Part shown: positions 16,814-24,341 of the stretch, one piece after another
How positions within the stretch are numbered: position 1 is the stretch's first letter
How the letters are laid out: each line of letters opens with the position of its first letter
DNA from: Melioribacteraceae bacterium
GTDB lineage: Bacteria; Bacteroidota; Ignavibacteria; Ignavibacteriales; Melioribacteraceae
Assembly: GCA_026983955.1 (NCBI GenBank)
Contig: JALSTB010000013.1
Location: 17,720 to 81,719, forward strand
Reading direction: 5' to 3'
Length of the DNA stretch: 64,000 nucleotides
Position numbers and translations under genes: made by a program
Notes under the pieces: generated by a model
What the model saw: the letters and a program-made list of their open reading frames with translations, nothing else
Databases searched by the model: none
Told to the model about the DNA's origin: nothing

Positions 16814-18142
16814 ATGGAAGTTTTATTAGAAAATATAATTATTTATGCACTTCTTGCCGTAATAATAGCCGGTGTATTTTACATATACCTCAAAACCCAT
16901 AAATACGAATCGGAAAAGAATATCCAAAAAATAAAGCGTGCCAAAGAATACGGTTTTCATGAACCGGTTTCACTGCATCCTGTAATAAATGAAGATATTT
17001 GTATCGGAAGCGGGGCTTGTGTTGTTGCGTGTCCGGAAAACGATATACTCGGCTTGGTTGACGGCAAAGGCAAATTAATTAATGCTTCCCATTGTGTTGG
17101 GCACGGTGCTTGCTTTCATGCTTGTCCGGTAGAAGCAATTACTTTGGTTATGGGCACCGAAAAAAGAGGAGTGGAATTGCCCCATGTAAGTTCCGAATAC
17201 GAAACAAACGTTAGAGGAATTTACATAGCCGGTGAATTAGGTGGTATGGGATTGATAAAAAATGCAATAGAGCAAGGGAAAAAAGCAGTCGACAATATTC
17301 ATAAATCGATTGAAAATAATAATGAAGCAAAATACGATGTGATAATTATTGGCGCAGGTCCTGCAGGAATTGCAGCTACACTTAGAGCAGCTGAATATAA
17401 TTTGAAATTTTTAACAATTGAACAGGACAGTATTGGCGGGACCGTATTTTCATTCCCGCGTGCTAAAGTTGTAATGACTTCACCGGTAGAAATACCGCTT
17501 TACGGGAAGGTGAAATTACATGAAACTTCAAAATCGGAGTTAATCGATTTATGGTCTGAAATTCTTGAAAAAAATAAAATTTCAATTAATGAAAATGAAA
17601 AAGTAAATGAAATAGTCAAATACGAGAAGTATTTTAAGGTAATTACAAACCAAGACGAATACACGGCTCAAAAAGTTTTATTGGCAATCGGGCGCAGAGG
17701 TTCACCCAGAAAATTAGGTGTGCCGGGTGAAAATTCGGAAAAGGTTTATTACAAATTGTTGGAACCGGAACTGATTCACAATAAAAAAATCCTGGTAGTT
17801 GGCGGTGGTGATTCCGCAATTGAATCGGCGCTGCTTTTAGCTGAGGAAGGTAATGAAGTTACTGTTTCTTACCGTTCGGATTCATTCAAAAGGTTAAAGC
17901 CCAAAAATTTCAAAAAGATTGAAGATGCAATAAAACTCAAACTGGTAAATGTTTTATACAATTCAACTGTGAAGGAAATTAAGCCTGATAAAGTTGTGTT
18001 AAATTTTAAAAACGGGTCGGTTGCCGAATTGGAAAACGATTTGGTTTATGTTTTCATTGGTGGTGAATTACCGAATAAATTTCTGGAAAAAATTGGAATA
18101 AAAATTACAAAGAAGTTCGGTGAAGCAATATTAAAACATTAA
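16814..18142 (+). CDS. Membrane-anchored 2x[4Fe-4S] ferredoxin domain fused to a TrxR-like FAD/NAD(P)H oxidoreductase (no redox CxxC)
   Basis: 442 aa with an N-terminal TM helix followed by a basic stretch. It has two cluster motifs, CIGSGACVVACP and CVGHGACFHACP. It has two dinucleotide folds, DVIIIGAGPAGIAA and ILVVGGGDSAIESA. It has no CATC-type disulfide. Confidence 0.85.
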   Translation: MEVLLENIIIYALLAVIIAGVFYIYLKTHKYESEKNIQKIKRAKEYGFHEPVSLHPVINEDICIGSGACVVACPENDILGLVDGKGKLINASHCVGHGACFHACPVEAITLVMGTEKRGVELPHVSSEYETNVRGIYIAGELGGMGLIKNAIEQGKKAVDNIHKSIENNNEAKYDVIIIGAGPAGIAATLRAAEYNLKFLTIEQDSIGGTVFSFPRAKVVMTSPVEIPLYGKVKLHETSKSELIDLWSEILEKNKISINENEKVNEIVKYEKYFKVITNQDEYTAQKVLLAIGRRGSPRKLGVPGENSEKVYYKLLEPELIHNKKILVVGGGDSAIESALLLAEEGNEVTVSYRSDSFKRLKPKNFKKIEDAIKLKLVNVLYNSTVKEIKPDKVVLNFKNGSVAELENDLVYVFIGGELPNKFLEKIGIKITKKFGEAILKH

Positions 18143-18156
18143 TCAAAATATTTGCT

Positions 18157-19722
18157 TTGGTCTTTACATTTGCCGTATGGGGAAATTTGTTTGCCCAAAT
18201 TTCTCCCGGTGATCTTGTTGCGGCTCATTCCGGGTTGGAAGGAATCAGCAATTGTACCAAATGCCATACACTGGGTAAAAGCTTGGATAATGCCAAATGC
18301 TTGAAATGCCATACTGAAATTGCCGGATTGATTAATACAAATCGCGGATTCCATGCAAATAAAAAGGTAGCCAAACAAAATTGTTGGAAATGCCACGGCG
18401 ATCATTTCGGAAGGAAATTTCAAATTATCCGTTTCAACAAAAAAACTTTTAATCATGTTGATGCAGGATATAAATTAAAAGGGGAACATGCAAAGGCCGG
18501 GTGTAATGACTGTCATAAACCTGAATTTATTAATGACAAAAAATTAAAGAATAGAAAAAAAACATATTTGGGGCTCAACACAGAATGCAAAACTTGCCAC
18601 GAAGACGTTCACCAATCGACGCTTGGGAATAATTGTGCCGGTTGCCACACCGAGGAGAAATTTAAACCGGCGGTAAAGTTCAATCATGATAACACAAATT
18701 ATAAATTAACCGGAGCTCACAAAAAAGTTGAGTGCAGAGGTTGCCACACCATTGCCACAAAAAACGGAAAGAAGTTTCAAAAATTTAACGATGTGGAATA
18801 TCAATCTTGCAAATCTTGTCACGAAGATTTCCATAAAGGCAAATTCGGAAACAAGTGCAGCTCTTGCCACACTACCGCCTCGTTCAGAAGGGTAAAAAAC
18901 ATGAGGTCATTTAATCACAGTAAAACAAATTTTCCTTTGGTTGGTAAACACAAACTGGTTGATTGTAAAACATGCCATAAAGGAAATTTGAGCTTCAAAC
19001 CTAAATACAAATTGTGTACGGACTGCCATTCCGATTACCATGAAGGTGAGTTTCAGGATGATGAAGATAACAGCGATTGTTCCGCATGTCATACCGAGAA
19101 AGGTTTCAGTCCCTCCACCTTTACCATTGAAAAACACAACAACACAACATTTAGATTAACGGATGCACACGAAGCATTGCCTTGTTATACTTGTCACCGT
19201 ACCGGCGATAAATGGCATTTTAAGATTGACGGTAAGTATTGTGTAAATTGCCATGAGAATATCCATCAATCTTCAATAAGTGAAAAATATTTTTCGGAGA
19301 AAAAATGTGAAAACTGCCATAATACGGTTACTTGGCAAAATATAACATTTAATCATGAACAAACACAATTTAAATTAACCGGCAAGCATCAAGAACAGAG
19401 ATGTTCCGCTTGTCATTTTAAAAGGGATGAAAAAAGTAATATTGTCCAGCATTTCAAAGATTTACAACCATATTGCAGTCAATGTCATAACGATGTTCAT
19501 GCCGGACAATTCGGAAGTGGCGAAGATGAAACTTGTAACCGCTGCCACACAACGGAGAATTGGGAACCGTCGTTATTCGACCATAACGAAACAAGATTTT
19601 CACTTGAGGGGGCACACGCCAATTTGGAATGTTCGCAATGTCATTTACCGGAAAAAAAGAAGGGCGTAGTGTTTATTCGTTACAAAATTGAGGATACGAG
19701 ATGTATAAGCTGTCATTCATAA
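18157..19722 (+). CDS. Multiheme c-type cytochrome, 20 CxxCH motifs
   Basis: I counted 20 CxxCH motifs in 521 aa. There is a repeating unit F-x-H-x3-F-x-L-x-G-x-H-x4-C-x2-CH ... C-x2-CH-x-D-x-H. The signal-peptide-like end is FAVWGNLFAQ. The true start may lie upstream at a non-canonical codon (see findings). Confidence 0.9.
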   Translation: MVFTFAVWGNLFAQISPGDLVAAHSGLEGISNCTKCHTLGKSLDNAKCLKCHTEIAGLINTNRGFHANKKVAKQNCWKCHGDHFGRKFQIIRFNKKTFNHVDAGYKLKGEHAKAGCNDCHKPEFINDKKLKNRKKTYLGLNTECKTCHEDVHQSTLGNNCAGCHTEEKFKPAVKFNHDNTNYKLTGAHKKVECRGCHTIATKNGKKFQKFNDVEYQSCKSCHEDFHKGKFGNKCSSCHTTASFRRVKNMRSFNHSKTNFPLVGKHKLVDCKTCHKGNLSFKPKYKLCTDCHSDYHEGEFQDDEDNSDCSACHTEKGFSPSTFTIEKHNNTTFRLTDAHEALPCYTCHRTGDKWHFKIDGKYCVNCHENIHQSSISEKYFSEKKCENCHNTVTWQNITFNHEQTQFKLTGKHQEQRCSACHFKRDEKSNIVQHFKDLQPYCSQCHNDVHAGQFGSGEDETCNRCHTTENWEPSLFDHNETRFSLEGAHANLECSQCHLPEKKKGVVFIRYKIEDTRCISCHS

Positions 19723-22079
19723 TTTTGTTCTTAATGTCCGGTATTCTTTATGCACAATCGCCGCACGGTGAAAATTTTAATTACGATTGTGCCGAATGCC
19801 ATTCGACCGATACTTGGAAAATAGATATCAAGAAATTGAAATTCGATCATTCAAAAACCGGTTTCGAACTTGCCGGTCAGCATGCTGTGCTTGATTGCCA
19901 ATCGTGTCATGAATCTCTCGATTTTGTAACAACCAAGAACAGATGTTTCGATTGTCATAACGATATTCACCAAAACACACTTGAAAAGGATTGTCAAAAA
20001 TGCCATAATTCAAACAATTGGTTGGTGGAGAATATTAATGACATTCATAATGCCGGACGTTTTCCTTTGCTTGGAGCACATTCGACCGCGGATTGCCAAC
20101 AATGCCACAAATCGATTGAAAATTTGGTGTTTGAGCAACTTGGAGTCGAATGTATAGATTGCCACTCCGGTGATTATATGAACGCTCAAAATCCCGATCA
20201 TGTGGCTGTCGGTTTTTCGAAGGACTGTGAACAATGTCATTCCGTTACGGATTTACAATGGAGTTCGGCTCAATTTGCACATGATTTTTTCCCGCTGACT
20301 TTAGGGCATGATATCGGTAATTGTTTTGCTTGCCATAGCACACAAGGTTTCGAAGGGTTGTCAACAGATTGTTATTCTTGTCATAAAGAAAATTTTAACA
20401 ATGCGGTTGATCCAAATCATGTAAACTCTAATTTTTCACATGATTGCGTACAGTGCCATACAACCAATCCGGGTTGGAAACCTGCCGATTTCAAAAATCA
20501 CGACCAAGTATTTGCTTTACTAGGCGCACACGATAAAATTCGAAATGATTGTGCAAAATGTCATTCTTCCGGATATTCCGGAACACCAACTGATTGTTAC
20601 AGTTGCCATGAAACCCAGTACAATCAAACAAGTAATCCCGATCATTCCGCAACTGGTTTCGGTACGGATTGCGAATCTTGCCATAATGTAAATGCGTGGA
20701 GTCCTGCAACGTTCGATCATGACAACCAATATTTCCCGATATACTCGGGTAAACATAATAACGAATGGAATAATTGTTCGGATTGCCATACGAATCAAAA
20801 CGATTACAGTGTTTTCTCGTGTATAACATGCCATGAACATTCGCAAAGCAAAATGGATGACGAACACAAAGAAGTTTCCGGTTATGTTTATGAAAGTCAA
20901 GCATGTTTTTCATGCCATCCGCAAGGCGACAAGGAAGGGGCAATAGATCATTCAAAAACGGCATTTCCGTTAACCGGCGCACATCAAAATGCAGAATGTT
21001 CACAATGTCATGCAAACGGTTATGCGAACACACCGTTGGAATGTTACTCATGCCACGATGACAAATACACAAGTGCGGCAAATCCGAAACATACTGATGC
21101 CGGTATATCGACGAAGTGTGAAGATTGTCATACAACTACAGCGTGGAAACCGTCAACTTTTAATCACGGCAGTACTGGATTTGAGTTGGCGGGCGGACAT
21201 CAATTGCCGCAATGTTCGAGTTGTCATCAAGGGAGCACATCCGGAACTTCTCCGCTATGTTACAGTTGTCATCAAGCCCAGTACAACAATGCAGAAAATC
21301 ATGTAGCACAAAATTATCCAACTACGTGCGAACAATGTCACAATACGACGAAATGGGATGATGCGGATTTTGATCATAACAACACGAATTTCCCGTTGAC
21401 CGGAGCACATGTAAATACGGATTGTTCGTCATGTCACACGAACGGTTATTCGGGAACTCCGTCCGATTGTAATTCGTGTCATAATGCAAATTACCAGAAC
21501 ACAACGAATCCAAGTCACACAAATTTGGGATTATCGAGACAGTGCGAGACTTGTCACACAACAGAACCTGGTTGGAAGCCAGCGGAATTTCCTGTGCACA
21601 ACGATTATTATGTGCTGAACGGAGCACATGCGTCAATTTCCGGTGACTGTGCGACGTGCCATAACGGAGATTACAACAACACACCGAACACATGTTACGG
21701 TTGTCATCAAGCGGATTATGAAGGTACGAACGATCCACCGCATCAAAGTACGGGATTCGGAACCGATTGCGAAACATGTCATACCGAAACTGCGTGGAAA
21801 CCTTCGACGTTCGATCATGACAACCAATATTTCCCGATATACTCGGGTAAACATAATAACGAATGGAATAATTGTTCGGATTGCCATACGAATCAAAACG
21901 ATTACAGTGTTTTCTCGTGTATAACATGCCATGAACATTCGCAAAGCAAAATGGATGACGAACACAAAGAAGTTTCCGGTTATGTTTATGAAAGTACCGC
22001 TTGTTATGACTGTCATCCGAATGGCAAAGAAGAAGGCGGAATTCCTTCTCCCGCTCATATTAAAAGAATGAGGTACTGA
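19701..22079 (+). CDS. Giant multiheme c-type cytochrome, 31 CxxCH motifs, modular
   Basis: I counted 31 CxxCH motifs in 792 aa. The signal peptide is MYKLSFIILFLMSGILYAQ, with no lipobox Cys. A GAGGA RBS is present. The start overlaps the upstream cytochrome gene by 22 nt. The stop overlaps the next gene's ATG. Confidence 0.95.
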   Translation: MYKLSFIILFLMSGILYAQSPHGENFNYDCAECHSTDTWKIDIKKLKFDHSKTGFELAGQHAVLDCQSCHESLDFVTTKNRCFDCHNDIHQNTLEKDCQKCHNSNNWLVENINDIHNAGRFPLLGAHSTADCQQCHKSIENLVFEQLGVECIDCHSGDYMNAQNPDHVAVGFSKDCEQCHSVTDLQWSSAQFAHDFFPLTLGHDIGNCFACHSTQGFEGLSTDCYSCHKENFNNAVDPNHVNSNFSHDCVQCHTTNPGWKPADFKNHDQVFALLGAHDKIRNDCAKCHSSGYSGTPTDCYSCHETQYNQTSNPDHSATGFGTDCESCHNVNAWSPATFDHDNQYFPIYSGKHNNEWNNCSDCHTNQNDYSVFSCITCHEHSQSKMDDEHKEVSGYVYESQACFSCHPQGDKEGAIDHSKTAFPLTGAHQNAECSQCHANGYANTPLECYSCHDDKYTSAANPKHTDAGISTKCEDCHTTTAWKPSTFNHGSTGFELAGGHQLPQCSSCHQGSTSGTSPLCYSCHQAQYNNAENHVAQNYPTTCEQCHNTTKWDDADFDHNNTNFPLTGAHVNTDCSSCHTNGYSGTPSDCNSCHNANYQNTTNPSHTNLGLSRQCETCHTTEPGWKPAEFPVHNDYYVLNGAHASISGDCATCHNGDYNNTPNTCYGCHQADYEGTNDPPHQSTGFGTDCETCHTETAWKPSTFDHDNQYFPIYSGKHNNEWNNCSDCHTNQNDYSVFSCITCHEHSQSKMDDEHKEVSGYVYESTACYDCHPNGKEEGGIPSPAHIKRMRY
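20709..20897 (+). repeat. Copy 1 of a 189-bp perfect intragenic direct repeat
   Basis: Base-by-base comparison with 21807..21995 shows identity over 189 bp. The offset is 1098 bp (366 codons, in frame). It encodes TFDHDNQYFPIYSGKHNNEWNNCSDCHTNQNDYSVFSCITCHEHSQSKMDDEHKEVSGYVYES. Confidence 0.9.
21807..21995 (+). repeat. Copy 2 of the 189-bp perfect intragenic direct repeat
   Basis: Identical to 20709..20897. The flanking homologous sequence is diverged, for example CESCHNVNAWSPA versus CETCHTETAWKPS upstream and QACFSCHPQG versus TACYDCHPNG downstream. Confidence 0.9.
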
Positions 22080-23686
22080 TGAAAAAAATACTGGCTTGTT
22101 TTTTTCTGATTACAATAACCATATCCGGTCAAAATGCGGGTAAAGTAAAACTCGTTGGAAAAGTCGATTACATTTCGGCACAATATTATTACATTAACTT
22201 TACGAACACGGAAAGAATTAACATTGGCGATACTTTGTTCATCAAGTACCGGAAAAAATATTATCCCAAACTTATTGTTGAAAAAAAATCTTCGAGAACA
22301 TGCGCAACAAAATTGTTAGGCAAAAAAATAAAAAAGGGCAGGAGAGTTTATGCTTTTGTTGACAAATTAAACGTAACCCGGGAAAAAACACAGCAAACGA
22401 AAAAATTAAAAGTATTAACGGCTGAAAACGGCTCACCGAAGATGAACACCGGTAAGGCGAAAAAATTTGTTAAAGTTAATCCGGAGTATTACGGTAAATA
22501 CAGTCTTTCAGGTTATTCCAATTTTTCGAATGTTATTGCACAAAGCGATTATCATCATTGGAGACATTCTTTATCTTTTTATGCAAACAACATTAAAGGC
22601 AGCAAACTTTCTTTTTCTTCATACATAATGTTCAGGTATAGAAGCGATAAATGGAGTTACGTTCACCGTCATTTGGGAAGTGCATTGAAAATTTACGATT
22701 TCTCAGTCCGGTACGACATCAATAAAACAACAAAATTAAGCTTCGGTAGGAAAATAAACAGAAAATTATCGAATATCGGAGCGATTGACGGACTGCAAAT
22801 GGAAACGGAATACAAGGGATTTTTTATCGGGGGTATTTTGGGTTCGAGACCGAATATTCAAGACTACGGTTATAATTTTAAATTGCTTGAAATGGGAGTT
22901 TACATAAGCAGCGAAGATTCCTTGGGCTACGGTAAAATGACAAATACTTTATCGGTTGTGCAACAAATGAATGATAACACGACCGACCGGAGATTCTTTT
23001 ATTTTCAACATTCCAGTCACATTTTAAAATCGCTTCATCTTTTCTTTTCTTCGGAAATAGATTTTTTCAAACATTATCATAATACAACTTCACACGATCC
23101 GTATTTGACAAACATTTTTGTTTCCCTCCGATATTCACCGACACGTTGGATATCTTTCAATACTTCCTACGATGCAAGAAAAAATGTAATTTATTACGAA
23201 ACATACAAAAGTCATCTTGACCGATTGTTGCAAAATGCAATGCGGCAAGGGTTCAGGTTGCGGGTAAACTTAAAGCCGGTTAAATTTATTTTCGCATCGG
23301 TTTATGCGGGATACAGATTCAGAAAAGATGACAAGGTTCCCACGAAAAATCTTGGGCTTTCTCTAACCCATTCAAGGATTCCTTTCTTACATTTATCGGC
23401 AAATTTAAGTTATATCAATTTGAAGACGAATTATCTTAACGGTGAAATTTTCGGATTGCGTTTGTCAAAAGATTTGTTCGACGGTTTATTGTATGCAACG
23501 CTTGGGTTCCGGAATTTGAATTACGAATTCACTTCATTCCAACAAAGTTTAAACCGGAACACGGCTTTACTGGATTTATCCTTCCGCTTGACAAGGAAAT
23601 TATCTTTTTCAATTAGTTACGAAGGAACGTTTGAAGAGAAATCTTCTTACTCGAATTTATTTTTCAATATTACACAAAGATTTTAA
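22079..23686 (+). CDS. Outer-membrane beta-barrel protein translationally coupled to the cytochrome genes (putative porin of a porin-cytochrome complex)
   Basis: 535 aa with signal peptide MKKILACFFLITITISGQNAG. An N-terminal soluble domain of about 110 aa and a Lys-rich linker come first. Then follow about 400 aa of alternating-polarity strands rich in Y/F/R/S. The C-terminal residue is Phe (FFNITQRF). The start codon overlaps the upstream stop (TGATG). Confidence 0.8.
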   Translation: MKKILACFFLITITISGQNAGKVKLVGKVDYISAQYYYINFTNTERINIGDTLFIKYRKKYYPKLIVEKKSSRTCATKLLGKKIKKGRRVYAFVDKLNVTREKTQQTKKLKVLTAENGSPKMNTGKAKKFVKVNPEYYGKYSLSGYSNFSNVIAQSDYHHWRHSLSFYANNIKGSKLSFSSYIMFRYRSDKWSYVHRHLGSALKIYDFSVRYDINKTTKLSFGRKINRKLSNIGAIDGLQMETEYKGFFIGGILGSRPNIQDYGYNFKLLEMGVYISSEDSLGYGKMTNTLSVVQQMNDNTTDRRFFYFQHSSHILKSLHLFFSSEIDFFKHYHNTTSHDPYLTNIFVSLRYSPTRWISFNTSYDARKNVIYYETYKSHLDRLLQNAMRQGFRLRVNLKPVKFIFASVYAGYRFRKDDKVPTKNLGLSLTHSRIPFLHLSANLSYINLKTNYLNGEIFGLRLSKDLFDGLLYATLGFRNLNYEFTSFQQSLNRNTALLDLSFRLTRKLSFSISYEGTFEEKSSYSNLFFNITQRF

Positions 23687-24270
23687 TTGACCGAATCGAT
23701 AAACTTGCGGGGCAGTTTCATATTGTTTTTGAATTCGCTTGCAGTTAAACCGGTCACTTGCTTGAACTGCCTCGATAAATGCTGTACGGAGCTGTAACCG
23801 AGCCGGTATGCGATTTCACTTAAAGTAAGTTCGCCGTATTTCAGAAGCTCCTTTGCTTTTTCTATTTTTTGGAGTATTATGAAATGTTCGATTGTAATAC
23901 CTTCCGTTTTGGAAAACAATGAGCTTAAATAATTATAATCTTTATGAAACGTTTTGCTGAGGTGCTTGGAAAAATTAAGTTTTTCCAAATCTTCGTCCTT
24001 GTATTTTTGAATTAAACTGATTATCTCGGTCTTTATGGAATCAATAAGTTTTGCTTTTGTATCTTCTATCAACTCGAAACCTTCTTTGGAAAGGACGTCT
24101 TTAATAGCTTCAACATCCAAACCGCTTTTACTTTGTGCCAATTTTACTTGTCCGAGTTCGATATGCAAAACCTCATATCCTAATTTTTGCAATTCTTCCC
24201 GTACCACCTTTATACAGCGGGGACAAACCATATTTTTTATATGTAAAACCGTTTCTTCCATAATCATCAC
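23683..24270 (-). CDS. AraC-family transcription regulator with N-terminal heavy-metal-associated (HMA) domain
   Basis: 195 aa with an HMA-like N-terminus, LHIKNMVCPRCIKVVREEL. The C-terminal AraC-type HTH is LSEIAYRLGYSSVQHLSRQFKQVTGLTASEF. The start is ambiguous among three N-terminal Met codons. Confidence 0.85.
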   Translation of the reverse strand: MMIMEETVLHIKNMVCPRCIKVVREELQKLGYEVLHIELGQVKLAQSKSGLDVEAIKDVLSKEGFELIEDTKAKLIDSIKTEIISLIQKYKDEDLEKLNFSKHLSKTFHKDYNYLSSLFSKTEGITIEHFIILQKIEKAKELLKYGELTLSEIAYRLGYSSVQHLSRQFKQVTGLTASEFKNNMKLPRKFIDSVN

Positions 24271-24341
24271 CGTTTTTTACATAAAATATAAAAAATATTG
24301 TTATTTTGAAATCAAACAGAAAACAGGTTATGGAGACATCT

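Noticed and set aside
20491-22058. Several long antisense or off-frame ORFs inside the 31-heme cytochrome gene (for example 20491..21135, 21322..21927 and 21633..22058 on the minus strand)
   Set aside because: They lie entirely within a gene that has 31 in-frame CxxCH motifs. Their duplicated appearance only reflects the internal repeat. They have no start context or recognisable motifs.
1-24300. The metal/cytochrome region considered as a mobile genomic island
   Set aside because: No integrase, transposase, tRNA attachment site or flanking direct repeats are visible in the window. By eye the base composition looks similar to the housekeeping part. The left boundary lies outside the window, so this remains untestable here.
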